A DNA stretch of 64,000 nt from Candidatus Caldatribacterium sp. (GTDB lineage Bacteria; Atribacterota; Atribacteria; Atribacterales; Caldatribacteriaceae): contig JAPWUU010000002.1 of the NCBI GenBank assembly GCA_028275365.1, positions 9,515-73,514 on the forward strand, in the 5' to 3' direction. This document shows, in pieces, positions 22,413 to 32,574 of this stretch (its first letter is position 1; every line of letters starts with the position of its first letter). Made by a program: the position numbers and the translations under genes. Under the pieces are notes generated by a model that ran no database searches, was not told the origin of the DNA, and was given only the letters and a program-made list of their open reading frames with translations.

Positions 22413-25400
22413 CGTGAAGTTCGTGCACCTCCACCTCCATACTGAGTACAGCCTCCTCGATGGTGTGATCCGTATCGATGAGCTTCTGGAACGCGTCGCT
22501 GCCTACGGGATGGAGGCTGTGGCCATCACCGACCATGGGGTCATGTATGGAGTTGTGGATTTCTATAAAAAGGCAAAGGAGAAAGGCATTCGGCCCATCA
22601 TCGGTTGCGAAGTCTACGTTGCTCCCGGAAGCCGTTTTGAGAAGGTTGTGGTGAAGGGGAGCGAGCCGGCGTACCACCTTGTGCTCCTTGCGGAGAATGA
22701 AGAAGGGTACCGGAACCTCATGGAACTCGTCACCCGGGCTTTCCTTGAGGGTTTCTACTACAAGCCCCGGGTGGATAAGGAGCTTTTGCGGGAGTACGCC
22801 CGTGGGCTCATTGCGCTTTCGGCCTGCCTTGCGGGAGAAATTCCCCGGCTGGTTCTTGCGGGGAACGTCGAGGAAGCCGAACGCTGCGCCCTGGAGTACC
22901 GGGACATTTTTGGCCCGGAGAATTTCTTCCTCGAGCTTCAGGAGAACAAAATTCCCGAGCAGAGAACGGTCAACGAAGCTCTGATCGCTATTGCCCGGAA
23001 AACTGGCATTCCCCTTGTAGCCACCAACGACTGCCATTACCTCGATGCCAAGGATGCCTACATGCATGACGTTGTTCTGGCGATTCAGACGGCGACTTCT
23101 CTTGATGACCCCAAGAGGCTCCGCTTCCCGACCCAGGACTTCTACCTGAAGTCGCCCCAGGAAATGATTGAGAGTTTTGCTTCCCTTCCTGAGGCCATTG
23201 AGAACACCTGGAATATTGCCGAACGCTGCCGTGTGGAGATCGAACTCGGAAAGGTTATTCTCCCTCGTTTTGATGTTCCTGAGGGTTTTGATGCCTTCTC
23301 GTATCTTGCACATCTCTGTGAGGAAGGGCTCAGGTGGCGTTATGGGGACCCTCCTCCCGAGCGGGTCCGAAAACAGCTTGAGTACGAACTCAAAGTGATT
23401 GAAGGCATGGGGTATGCAACCTATTTCCTCATTGTGTGGGATTTCGTGCACTTTGCTCGGGAGCGGGGCATCATGGTTGGACCAGGAAGGGGGTCAGCAG
23501 CGGGAAGCCTCGTCTCCTATGTCCTTGGCATCACCGATATCGACCCCCTGCAGTATGGCCTTCTCTTTGAGCGCTTTTTGAATCCTGAGCGGGTGAGTAT
23601 GCCCGATATCGACATCGATTTTTGCTTTGAGCGAAGGGACGAGGTCATCAAGTACGTGACCGAGAAGTACGGTGCCACCAATGTTGCCCAGATTATCACC
23701 TTCGGGCGGATGATGGCCCGCCAGGCTGTGCGCGATGTGGGAAGGGCTCTGGGATGGAGTTACAGTGACGTGGACAAAATCGCAAAGCTCATTCCTGGAG
23801 GACCGGGGGTCACTCTCGAGCGGGCGATGGAATCCAATCCTCAACTGCGGAAACTCGCCGAGGAGAACAAAGAGGTCAGGACGCTTCTTGATCTTGCTCA
23901 GCGTATTGAGGGGATGTGCCGTCATGCTTCGGTCCACGCCGCCGGAGTGGTTATCGCCGACCGACCGCTCACCTATTACGTTCCCCTGCAGAGGATGAAC
24001 GAGGGAGAAATCGTCACGCAGTTTGATATGGACGCTCTTCAGGAACTCGGCCTGCTCAAGATGGATTTCCTGGGTTTGAGGACGCTCACGGTCATTGAAC
24101 GAGCTCTGCGGATTATTAAAAATACCCGGGGTGAGGAAATCCGTCTTGACCGAATCCCTCTGGATGACCGCACCACCTATGAGCTCCTTGCCCGGGGAGA
24201 AACCGTTGGGGTGTTCCAGCTTGAGAGTGCGGGAATGCGGGAGCTTTTGAAGCGCCTGAAGCCCGAACACATCGAGGACCTCATCGCCATTCTGGCCCTG
24301 TACCGCCCAGGTCCCCTGGGAAGTGGCATGATCGACGATTTCATCGACCGCAAGCAAGGAAAGGTCCCAGTGACGTACCCCCATCCCTCCCTGGAGCCCA
24401 TCCTTCGGGAAACGTACGGTGTGATTGTGTACCAGGAACAGGTGATGAAGATTGCCAGTGAGTTCGCCGGGTTTACCCTTGGAGAAGCCGACATTCTCCG
24501 CCGGGCCATGGGGAAGAAGAAACCCGAAGTGATGAAGGAACAGCGGGAGAAGTTCGTTAGCGGTGCGGTGCAGCGGGGTCACAGCCGGGAAAAAGCCGAA
24601 GAACTCTTCGACATCATCGAGTACTTCGCAGGGTACGGTTTCAACAAATCCCACAGTGCAGCGTACGCGCTTGTGTCGTATCAAACGGCATACCTCAAGG
24701 CCCATTACCCCACTGAGTACCTTGCGGCCTGCCTCACGAGCGTGGCCAACGACAGCGACAAGGTAGCGAAATTCATCGCCGAGTGCCGGCGCCTGGGCAT
24801 TGATGTGTTGCCTCCGGATATCAACGAGAGCCTGGCCAACTTCACGGTGGTGGGGGATCGGCGTATTCGTTTCGGCCTTGCAGCCATCAAGAATGTGGGT
24901 GAGAGTGCGGTGGAGGAAATCCTCCTGCGCCGGAGAGAGGGCCGGTACCGGAGCATTTTCGACTTCATCGAGCGGGTCGACAGTCGCATTGTCAACCGGC
25001 GGGTTCTCGAAAGCCTCATCAAGGCCGGAGCCTTTGGAGGGCTTCATCCGAATCGGGCGCAGCTTCTGGCCTCCCTGGAAGACATCCTGTCCTATGGAGC
25101 AAGACGGCGGAAGAAAGAGCTGCGGCAGCATTCCCTCTTTGGAGAGGAGGTGACCGCTGAGGGAACACCTCCCCTCCGGGACGTAGCGGAGTTTTCCCGT
25201 CAGGAGCTCCTTCAGATGGAGAAGGAGATGCTGGGGTTTTACGTGAGTGACCATCCCTTCCGGGAAGCGGTGGCGGGGTTGCGGCACCTGCCCTTCTTCC
25301 CCCTGGGGCATTTGCGAATGCTCAAAGAAGAAATGCGGGTGAAGGTTGTGGGCATGGTGGGTAATGTTCGGAAAATCATCACCAAAACGGGAGGGGACAT

Positions 25401-25836
25401 GTACTTCGTGACCCTTGAGGACGAGACGGGAAGCATCGAGGTCATCTTCTTCCCCAACCTCTCTGAGGAACTGAAGGAGCGGCTTGGAAGCGGGAAGGTA
25501 CTTGGGGTGGTGGGAAAGCTCGATATCTTAGACAGTGGCGAGAACAAAATCGTTGCCGATGCCCTCTTTGACCCCGAGGAGTGGAATCGGAAACTGGCCA
25601 AGGCGGTCGTCATCGACCTTGAGGTGGAGAGGGACATCCTTCGGACCCTTTATGCCCTCCGGGATTGCCTCCGGAGGTTCCCTGGGAACTGTCCGGTTGT
25701 GCTTCGCCTCCAGGGCGGTGAGGGCGAGTGGTGGATTGAGCTTGACAGCACCTTCTGGGTTTCCTGGAGTGACGAGGCCCGGGAGGCCATTCAGAGTATT
25801 GTGGGTGAGGGTGCCGGGAGTCTGCAAACGCTTTAG
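22402..25836 (+). CDS. dnaE: DNA polymerase III alpha subunit
   Basis: [46 protein letters not shown] clamp-binding-like motif, OB fold. Confidence 0.98.
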   Translation: MVSDVKFVHLHLHTEYSLLDGVIRIDELLERVAAYGMEAVAITDHGVMYGVVDFYKKAKEKGIRPIIGCEVYVAPGSRFEKVVVKGSEPAYHLVLLAENEEGYRNLMELVTRAFLEGFYYKPRVDKELLREYARGLIALSACLAGEIPRLVLAGNVEEAERCALEYRDIFGPENFFLELQENKIPEQRTVNEALIAIARKTGIPLVATNDCHYLDAKDAYMHDVVLAIQTATSLDDPKRLRFPTQDFYLKSPQEMIESFASLPEAIENTWNIAERCRVEIELGKVILPRFDVPEGFDAFSYLAHLCEEGLRWRYGDPPPERVRKQLEYELKVIEGMGYATYFLIVWDFVHFARERGIMVGPGRGSAAGSLVSYVLGITDIDPLQYGLLFERFLNPERVSMPDIDIDFCFERRDEVIKYVTEKYGATNVAQIITFGRMMARQAVRDVGRALGWSYSDVDKIAKLIPGGPGVTLERAMESNPQLRKLAEENKEVRTLLDLAQRIEGMCRHASVHAAGVVIADRPLTYYVPLQRMNEGEIVTQFDMDALQELGLLKMDFLGLRTLTVIERALRIIKNTRGEEIRLDRIPLDDRTTYELLARGETVGVFQLESAGMRELLKRLKPEHIEDLIAILALYRPGPLGSGMIDDFIDRKQGKVPVTYPHPSLEPILRETYGVIVYQEQVMKIASEFAGFTLGEADILRRAMGKKKPEVMKEQREKFVSGAVQRGHSREKAEELFDIIEYFAGYGFNKSHSAAYALVSYQTAYLKAHYPTEYLAACLTSVANDSDKVAKFIAECRRLGIDVLPPDINESLANFTVVGDRRIRFGLAAIKNVGESAVEEILLRRREGRYRSIFDFIERVDSRIVNRRVLESLIKAGAFGGLHPNRAQLLASLEDILSYGARRRKKELRQHSLFGEEVTAEGTPPLRDVAEFSRQELLQMEKEMLGFYVSDHPFREAVAGLRHLPFFPLGHLRMLKEEMRVKVVGMVGNVRKIITKTGGDMYFVTLEDETGSIEVIFFPNLSEELKERLGSGKVLGVVGKLDILDSGENKIVADALFDPEEWNRKLAKAVVIDLEVERDILRTLYALRDCLRRFPGNCPVVLRLQGGEGEWWIELDSTFWVSWSDEAREAIQSIVGEGAGSLQTL

Positions 25837-25846
25837 GAGGGAAGCT

Positions 25847-26668
25847 GTGAGGCGGGTTGCCGTTGTCCTCGTGTTTGTTGTGGTTGTCCTGATTTTCAGC
25901 GGGACTTTTGCCTTTGCTCAGACGAAAGAGGAGTACTACCGTACCGGGTATATCTACTTCTCCCAGGGAGACTATGCGAGGGCTCTGGAGGCCTACAGGA
26001 AGGCTTTAGAGATGGACCCTCAGTTTGTGGATGCCCGGTACTGGCTGGGGAAAACCCTCGAACAGATGGGGCAGCTGCAGGAGGCGGTGAAGGAGTGGCG
26101 TCAGGTACTTTTGGCTTCTCCTCGCCACCGGGATGCCTTCCAGAAATGGCGAGCCTACGCACCGTCCTTTGTCCAGGACGGAGGGGTTGTGGAGCAGTAC
26201 AGAGCGCTTTTCTTAGAGGGGGAAAATCCAGCTCTTTCGCGGGAGGAAGGCTGGTCCACCCTTGCCCCCTTAGCCCTGGTACTTCTTGGGCGGAGGGACT
26301 TTTCCTCCCTCTACCTTGCTGCTTGGTGTTTCCGTTGGGCAAAAGAGCGCCTGAGCCCCCTCTTTGCTCCCTATGAGGAACGGGCGCTTCAGGGAGCGTT
26401 GGAAAACCTCACTCAGGATGACTGGATGCAGGACCCTCGTCTTGTCTACCGTTTCCTCCAGGAGGTCACCCTCCGTTTTGGAAAAGATGAGAAGTGGCAG
26501 GAGATACTGCAGAAAGCCCTGGATCGGGCATTCGCATACACCCTTGGCCTTCCTGAGGAGCAGAAAGCCGAAGGAGTAGAAGTAACGCTCCGTGGCGGAG
26601 AGGTGGAGAAGCGAATCATCCGTGGCGGAGAAGTGGAAGAGCCGACGGGGTTTTTCCTTAAGGAATGA
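25847..26668 (+). CDS. Exported TPR-repeat protein
   Basis: AGGAGG RBS + GTG; signal peptide ending AFA-Q; two TPRs (YYRTGYIYFSQGDYARALEAYRKALEMDP; YWLGKTLEQMGQLQEAVKEW). Confidence 0.75.
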   Translation: MRRVAVVLVFVVVVLIFSGTFAFAQTKEEYYRTGYIYFSQGDYARALEAYRKALEMDPQFVDARYWLGKTLEQMGQLQEAVKEWRQVLLASPRHRDAFQKWRAYAPSFVQDGGVVEQYRALFLEGENPALSREEGWSTLAPLALVLLGRRDFSSLYLAAWCFRWAKERLSPLFAPYEERALQGALENLTQDDWMQDPRLVYRFLQEVTLRFGKDEKWQEILQKALDRAFAYTLGLPEEQKAEGVEVTLRGGEVEKRIIRGGEVEEPTGFFLKE

Positions 26669-26757
26669 TGGTGCCGAAGGCGGGAGTCGAACCCGCACGG
26701 GGTGTGAACCCCGCTAGATTTTGAGTCTAGTGCGTCTGCCAGTTCCGCCACTTCGGC
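26669..26757 (-). tRNA. tRNA-Leu(CAA), CCA encoded
   Basis: Minus strand: GCCGAAG acceptor stem, CTAGA-CTCAAAA-TCTAG anticodon arm, long variable arm, GCGGG-TTCGACT-CCCGC T arm, ACCA end. Confidence 0.97.
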
Positions 26758-26769
26758 ACTCCGTTGTAG

Positions 26770-26797
26770 ATTATAGTGGAGCTTTGGGCTTTGTCAA
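26770..26797 (-). promoter_or_regulatory. Consensus sigma70 promoter for tRNA-Leu
   Basis: Minus strand TTGACA (26797-26792), 16-nt spacer, TATAAT (26775-26770), 12 nt upstream of the tRNA. Confidence 0.85.
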
Positions 26798-26802
26798 GCA
26801 AG

Positions 26803-28494
26803 ATGAAGAACCAGGACCTGGTCATTGCGGTTGATGGGACTTCGCTGGCGTACCGGGCGTTCTATGCACTGCCGAGGCTCACCACGTCCTCGGGGCGACC
26901 GACGGGGGCGACCCTTGGGTTCTGTAATATGCTGATGAGGCTGCTTGAAGATTACTCGCCCCTCACTATTGTGGTGGCCTTCGACCATCCGAAGAAGACG
27001 TTTCGCCACGCCCTTGAGGAGAAGTACAAGGTGTCCCGGAAACCCATGCCCGACCTCCTTCGACCTCAACTTGAGGATATCAAGGAAATCCTTTCGTGTT
27101 TTGGTTTCCCCATCCTTGAGGTCCCGGGATTCGAGGGGGATGACCTCATCGGGAGCCTCAAGGAGTGCCTTGGGGGGCGGTACCTTCTCTACGTGGTGAC
27201 CTCTGACCTTGATCTTCTGCAGCTCCTTGATGAACACACGATGCTCCTCCAGCCGGTTCAGGGAGTCACCCGCCTGCGCCCCATAGGTCCCCGGGATGTG
27301 GAGCGAGAATTCGGCGTCACTCCTGCTCAGATTGTTGACTTTCTGGCCTTAAGCGGTGATGCGTCTGACGATATCCAGGGTGTGCGGGGCATTGGGGAGA
27401 CGAGAGCGGCGCAGCTTTTGCAGAGGTTCACAAGCTGGGAAGGGATTCTCGCCCATGTTGAGGAACTTCCTCCGTCCCTGCGGGAGAGTCTCCTCAGGGC
27501 CCGGGAACAGGTGGAGGTGAACCGGGTGCTCGTGACCATTCGCAGGGATGTCCCCATCGACTGCCGTGTGGAGCCCTGGAGTCCTGAGCGGGTGGACTGG
27601 CCGCGCCTTTTGCAGAAACTCGAAGAGCTCGAGCTTCGAAGGCTCCGAGAACGGATTGAGAAGAGGTGGCAGCAGCAGCGTCCGTACCTTGTGCTCCGCA
27701 GGAAGGACCTCTTTGTAACCGATGGGAAGGACCTGAAGAACATCGCCGACATTCCCTCAGGACAGCCCTGGGGGTACCTTATTGCCTGTATTCAACCAGA
27801 TGCAGGGCATCTGAGGAAAGTCCTTGAAGCACCGGAGGTTTTCTGGGGTCAGGTTCTCCTGTGGGTTGTCTATCCCTGCCTCTTTCCACCGCCTGAGCAT
27901 TTGCGGCATCTTGAAGGGTTTGGAAAAACCGTCTCCTTTGAGGAGCTCGGTATGCTTCTTGAAGAAGCCCGGAAGTGGGTGACCTGTGAAACGACGCTCT
28001 TTGAGGTCTACCGGGATGTCGAGGTCCCGCTTGTGCTCAAATTTGCCCTTGGGGAGCTCTCCTTTGCGGCAGGTTTTCTTGACCTCCCGCTGTTTACCCC
28101 TCCCTGTGCCTTTGTGGTGGAGGAAGTTGTTCCCCCGAGGGATCTGATGCAGAGGATCCATGAAGTTCGTGGGTACGTTGCGCTGCCGACGCTCTATGGA
28201 TGGCGGTTTGTGGGTAGGTACGGGGAATCCCGAGAAGAGCTCCTTGTGGCCTATGAAAATACCTGCCGGGAAGAAGTTTTCCGCCTTTTGGCCTGGGTCC
28301 TGAGCGCAGGAGGTGTCCGGCAGCTGTGCAGGGCAGGGAAGCAGCTCTCTGCCGATATCCCCCTTTTCTCTGGGGATTTCAGGCAGTTTCTCGGTGTGTT
28401 TTCGGAATGGTTTCTTAAGGGGAAGTGGCGGCTCGAGGTCGTGGAACGAGGGAAAGGAGAGTGTGGACTCCTGGTCATAGGAGAGGGAGGATGA
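26803..28494 (+). CDS. Pol I-derived protein: intact 5'-3' exonuclease/flap endonuclease plus degenerate polymerase remnant
   Basis: VDGTSLAYRAFYA, FD, YK..RKPMP, FEGDDLIG, SDLDLLQ, GDASDDIQGVRGIG; C-terminal half lacks PolA motifs A/B/C. Confidence 0.85.
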   Translation: MKNQDLVIAVDGTSLAYRAFYALPRLTTSSGRPTGATLGFCNMLMRLLEDYSPLTIVVAFDHPKKTFRHALEEKYKVSRKPMPDLLRPQLEDIKEILSCFGFPILEVPGFEGDDLIGSLKECLGGRYLLYVVTSDLDLLQLLDEHTMLLQPVQGVTRLRPIGPRDVEREFGVTPAQIVDFLALSGDASDDIQGVRGIGETRAAQLLQRFTSWEGILAHVEELPPSLRESLLRAREQVEVNRVLVTIRRDVPIDCRVEPWSPERVDWPRLLQKLEELELRRLRERIEKRWQQQRPYLVLRRKDLFVTDGKDLKNIADIPSGQPWGYLIACIQPDAGHLRKVLEAPEVFWGQVLLWVVYPCLFPPPEHLRHLEGFGKTVSFEELGMLLEEARKWVTCETTLFEVYRDVEVPLVLKFALGELSFAAGFLDLPLFTPPCAFVVEEVVPPRDLMQRIHEVRGYVALPTLYGWRFVGRYGESREELLVAYENTCREEVFRLLAWVLSAGGVRQLCRAGKQLSADIPLFSGDFRQFLGVFSEWFLKGKWRLEVVERGKGECGLLVIGEGG

Positions 28495-29918
28495 ACGTGG
28501 AAGTTGTGCTCGTTGCTTCGGAGGCATATCCTTTTGCCAAAAGCGGCGGTCTGGGGGACGTGGTGGGAGCTCTGTTCAAATACCTCCCCCGCTTTGGGTT
28601 TCGGGTCAAGCTCTTCCTCCCCGGATACGCCCGGATGTTGCAGGATTTCCCTTTTGTTAGGCAAAAGGCCCTGGAGTTCCCCTTTGGGGAGACCATGGCC
28701 CGGGCGGAATTTCTTGAGTACAGGATAGACGACAGCCAATCCCTTTTCGCTGTGGCCTGTGAACGCTTTTTTGGGCGTGAGCGGATGTACGGGTATCCTG
28801 ATGACCTCGAGCGGTTCATCTTCTTCTCCCGGGCGGTGTTCGAGTACCTGGTGCGCTGGCAGGAAGAAGTTTTCCTCCTGCACTGTCACGACTGGCAGAG
28901 CGCCCTCCTTTGTGCCTACCTTGAGCGGTACTGGCCTCAGTATCGGCCCAGAGCCGCAAAAGTCCTTTTCACCATTCACAATCTTGCCTACCAGGGCATT
29001 GGACGGGGAGAACTCTTCCGGCTGGTCAACCTCCCCAATCACTTCTTCACCCATGAGTACCTTGAGTTCTACGGGAACCTCAATCTCATGAAGGCGGGTC
29101 TCCTCTTCTCCCACATCATCACCACCGTGAGCCCTACCTATGCTCGTGAGATTTGCTCTCCCGAGTTCGGGGAAGGTCTTGATGGTCTCCTTCGGGCTCT
29201 GTCCCATCGCAAGAAAATCGTGGGGATTGTCAACGGCATTGACACGGAAATTTTCCACCCCAGCCTTGACCCCTTCCTCGAGGAACACTACGGGAGGGAG
29301 AACCTTGAAGGGAAAAGAAAGAATAAACTCCGCTTCCTCGAACAGTACTTTGGTCCGGGGGTGGAGGCAACCCTTCCTGTCATCGCCTTTATTTCCCGCT
29401 TTGTGGAGCAGAAGGGGATACGGCTTTTCCTGGAACGTCCTGAGGAGTTTTTCTCCCTCCCGGCATACTGGTTCTTCCTGGGTATGGGTGAGGCCTTCTA
29501 CGAACGGGCACTGAAAGACCTTGAGCAGCACTATCCCAGGCTGCGGGTGATGGTGATGTTCGACGAGAGTCTTGCCCATCTTGCCTATGCCGCCTCAGAC
29601 TTCCTGGTGCTGCCATCGCTTTTTGAGCCCTGCGGCATCAGCCAGATGATCGCCATGTGTTACGGCACACTCCCCATTGTCCGGGGGGTGGGTGGACTTA
29701 GGGATACGGTTGTTGACTACCCTTTCAATCCCCGTCTCAGCACTGGGTTCCAATTTGGAGAATTCTCAGCCAGTGAGTTTCTCCGGGCGGTCAGGAGGGC
29801 ACTCCATGTGTACTTTGAGGACCAGGATCTCTTCTACACCATGGTGGCCAATGCCATGGCGAGCGATTTCTCCTGGGAACAGGCCATCAAGAGGTACGTT
29901 GAGGTCTACAGGGAATAA
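28491..29918 (+). CDS. glgA: Glycogen synthase
   Basis: PFAKSGGLGDV, HCHDWQ, TIHNLAYQG, SRFVEQKG, FEPCGISQ. Confidence 0.95.
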   Translation: MNVEVVLVASEAYPFAKSGGLGDVVGALFKYLPRFGFRVKLFLPGYARMLQDFPFVRQKALEFPFGETMARAEFLEYRIDDSQSLFAVACERFFGRERMYGYPDDLERFIFFSRAVFEYLVRWQEEVFLLHCHDWQSALLCAYLERYWPQYRPRAAKVLFTIHNLAYQGIGRGELFRLVNLPNHFFTHEYLEFYGNLNLMKAGLLFSHIITTVSPTYAREICSPEFGEGLDGLLRALSHRKKIVGIVNGIDTEIFHPSLDPFLEEHYGRENLEGKRKNKLRFLEQYFGPGVEATLPVIAFISRFVEQKGIRLFLERPEEFFSLPAYWFFLGMGEAFYERALKDLEQHYPRLRVMVMFDESLAHLAYAASDFLVLPSLFEPCGISQMIAMCYGTLPIVRGVGGLRDTVVDYPFNPRLSTGFQFGEFSASEFLRAVRRALHVYFEDQDLFYTMVANAMASDFSWEQAIKRYVEVYRE

Positions 29919-30510
29919 GGGACCGAGGATTCTCGGTATCGGAGGTGGGGTGGCCTCGGGAAAGAGCACGGTTGCTGCCCTTTTTGGGGCAAGGGGCATT
30001 CCCGTCATTCTCCTTGACGACCTTGCTCGGGAACTTTCCCGGAAGGGGAAACCCCTCTGGAAGCTCATTGTTCTCGCCTTCGGACGCTTTTTTCTGGACA
30101 GGTGGGGGAACCTCGAGAGACGGAAGCTCGCCCGGCTGGTTTTCCGGAGCTGGCCAATGCTCTTTTGCCTTAATAACCTTGCCCATCCCCTGCTTTTCTG
30201 GGAGGTGTGGAGGCGCTGCCAAAGACTCCGAGCAGATTTCGTCGTGGTCGAGGGAGCAGTGCTTTTTGAAGCGGGTCTGTGCGCTCTCCTTTCGGACCTC
30301 CTTTTTGTGGATGCTCCCTGGCACGTTCGCCGTGAGCGGTTGCAGCAAAAGGGGCTTCAGGAGAGGGAGATTGCGCTTCGCTTGAGCACCCAGAGGTTTC
30401 TTCCCGCCCTCCGCCGGAGAGCTTCGAAGGTCCTCATCAACGACTCCTCCACAGAGCTTTTGGAACAAAGGGTTTTCTCTCTCTTTCCGGACTGGTTCTC
30501 CGGGAAGTAG
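29899..30510 (+). CDS. coaE: Dephospho-CoA kinase (start uncertain)
   Basis: GIGGGVASGKST, LERRKLARLVF, LNNLAHP, LFEAG; usual polA..coaE..uvrB neighbourhood. Confidence 0.85.
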   Translation: MRSTGNKGPRILGIGGGVASGKSTVAALFGARGIPVILLDDLARELSRKGKPLWKLIVLAFGRFFLDRWGNLERRKLARLVFRSWPMLFCLNNLAHPLLFWEVWRRCQRLRADFVVVEGAVLFEAGLCALLSDLLFVDAPWHVRRERLQQKGLQEREIALRLSTQRFLPALRRRASKVLINDSSTELLEQRVFSLFPDWFSGK

Positions 30511-30549
30511 GAGAGGAGGATTCGGGTTTTCTTATAGAAGTGAGGAGTT

Positions 30550-32574
30550 ATGAAGCGGGGGATCTTCCGTCTTGTGGCACCGTACAGCCCCTGTGGCGAT
30601 CAGCCCCAGGCCATTGAACGTCTGGTTGAGGGGTTATTCCGGGGGTACCGGTACCAGACCCTTATTGGGGTGACCGGGTCGGGGAAAACTTTCACCATGG
30701 CCAACGTCATTGCCCGGTACAACCGGCCAACCCTGATCATCTCTCACAACAAGACCCTGGCTGCTCAGCTTTATAGCGAGATGCGGGCGTTTTTCCCCGA
30801 GAACGCTGTGGAGTATTTCGTGAGCTACTACGATTACTACCAGCCTGAGGCCTACGTTCCTGAGTACGATCTCTACATTGAAAAGGACGCTTCGATTAAC
30901 GAGTACATCGACCGGTTGCGTCTTCGGGCAACAAGCGCTCTGATGGAACGCAACGACGTCATCATTGTGGCCTCTGTTTCGTGCATCTACGGCATTGGTT
31001 CTCCAAAGGAGTACGCCCGCCGGGTTTTCCGTGTCCGAGTGGGAGACACCTATAAGAGGAAGGATTTTGCCCACCGTCTCGTGGACCTTCTCTACGAGCG
31101 GAATGAGGTGGAATTCATGCCGGGGGTCTTTCGCATGAAGGGCGATACCGTTGAGGTCTACCCGGCTTATAGCGAAGAGGTCTTTCGTTTCGAGTTCTTT
31201 GGGGATACGGTGGAGAACATTAAGGTTCTCCACCCTGTGAGCGGGAAGGTTCTCGGAAAGCTTGATGAGGTCTTCATCTACCCCGCCCGGCATTACCTTG
31301 CAGACCAGGAGATTTTTGAGCGGGCGCTTCTTGGGATTGAAGAAGAACTTCGGGAACGGGTGGCCTATTTCCTCTCCCAGGGAAGGCTTGTTGAGGCGGA
31401 ACGCCTGGAGCGGCGGACGCGGTACGACCTTGAACTGCTCCGGGAAACGGGATACTGTCCGGGAATTGAAAATTACTCCCGGTATCTTGATGGCCGTCAG
31501 CCTGGGGAACCGCCCTATACCCTGCTTGATTACTTTCCGGAGGACTTCCTCCTTTTCATTGACGAATCCCATGTGACGGTTCCCCAGCTTCGGGGAATGC
31601 ACGAGGGGGATCGTTCGAGGAAAGAGAGCCTTGTGGAATTTGGCTTTCGCCTCCCTTCCTGTTTCGATAACCGGCCCCTGAGGTTTGAAGAGTTCGAGAA
31701 GAAGATTTCCCGATGCATTTTCGTTTCGGCGACACCGGGAGAGTTCGAACTGAACGTGAGCGCTCAGGTGGTGGAGCAACTGATCCGACCCACCGGCCTT
31801 CTGGACCCGGAGGTTGAGGTGCGTCCTGCCAGGGGTCAGGTCGAGGACCTCGTGGGGGAGATTCGAAAGGTAGTGCAGAAGAACCAGAGAGTTCTTGTCA
31901 CCACACTCACCAAAAAGAGCGCCGAGGACCTCTGCGAGTTCCTATACAGTCTTGGTATTCGGGTGAGGTACCTGCACTCAGAGATTGATACCCTGGAACG
32001 GGCCCGGATTATCCGGGATCTTCGGGCAGGGGAATTTGACGTCCTTGTGGGGGTTAACCTCCTCAGGGAGGGCCTTGACCTCCCGGAAGTAGCCCTTGTG
32101 GCGATTCTTGATGCCGACAAAGAGGGATTTTTGCGTTCTGAGGTGGCGCTCATTCAGACGATTGGGAGAGCGGCGCGCAACGCCGAAGGACGGGCCATCC
32201 TCTACGCCGACACCATGACCCGTTCTCTGGAGCGGGCTCTGGCAGAGACGAAACGACGGAGGGCTATTCAGGAGGCGTATAATAGAGAACACGGGATTGT
32301 GCCGCAGACTATCACAAAGGAAGTCCGGACCCTTATTCCCGAAGAGGCTGGCCTCTCTAAGGAGGCGGAGGAGGCCTGTCTCCTTGTGGAGGAACTCGAG
32401 GAGAGCGAGGAGAACCTGGAGCGGCTCATTGAGCGGCTGACCCGGGAGATGAAGGAAGCGGCCAGGCGCCTGGAGTTTGAAAAGGCTGCCCTCCTGCGGG
32501 ATGAGATCTTCCGTTTGCGTTCCTTGCAGGAGAAGCGGACGCTGCACCAGGGTGAGAACGATGCAGGACGGTAA
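30550..32574 (+). CDS. uvrB: Excinuclease ABC subunit B
   Basis: [43 protein letters not shown]. Confidence 0.98.
   Translation: MKRGIFRLVAPYSPCGDQPQAIERLVEGLFRGYRYQTLIGVTGSGKTFTMANVIARYNRPTLIISHNKTLAAQLYSEMRAFFPENAVEYFVSYYDYYQPEAYVPEYDLYIEKDASINEYIDRLRLRATSALMERNDVIIVASVSCIYGIGSPKEYARRVFRVRVGDTYKRKDFAHRLVDLLYERNEVEFMPGVFRMKGDTVEVYPAYSEEVFRFEFFGDTVENIKVLHPVSGKVLGKLDEVFIYPARHYLADQEIFERALLGIEEELRERVAYFLSQGRLVEAERLERRTRYDLELLRETGYCPGIENYSRYLDGRQPGEPPYTLLDYFPEDFLLFIDESHVTVPQLRGMHEGDRSRKESLVEFGFRLPSCFDNRPLRFEEFEKKISRCIFVSATPGEFELNVSAQVVEQLIRPTGLLDPEVEVRPARGQVEDLVGEIRKVVQKNQRVLVTTLTKKSAEDLCEFLYSLGIRVRYLHSEIDTLERARIIRDLRAGEFDVLVGVNLLREGLDLPEVALVAILDADKEGFLRSEVALIQTIGRAARNAEGRAILYADTMTRSLERALAETKRRRAIQEAYNREHGIVPQTITKEVRTLIPEEAGLSKEAEEACLLVEELEESEENLERLIERLTREMKEAARRLEFEKAALLRDEIFRLRSLQEKRTLHQGENDAGR

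Noticed and set aside
23494-25311. 605-aa antisense ORF and other long antisense ORFs (e.g. 4716-5972, 28251-29579, 43073-44350, 51713-53038, 58231-59631, 62085-63593)
   Set aside because: They shadow well-conserved sense genes, show no recognisable motifs, and are expected from codon bias in GC-rich DNA
25535-25846. Long N-terminal extensions in the ORF track (TPR gene; also nnr, gatA, coaE, uvrA, oppF, queT)
   Set aside because: They overlap upstream genes; downstream starts fit family N-termini and, in most cases, an RBS
26669-26757. tRNA-Leu as an integration site for an island or prophage
   Set aside because: No integrase, no duplicated tRNA 3' end noticed, and flanks are core genes
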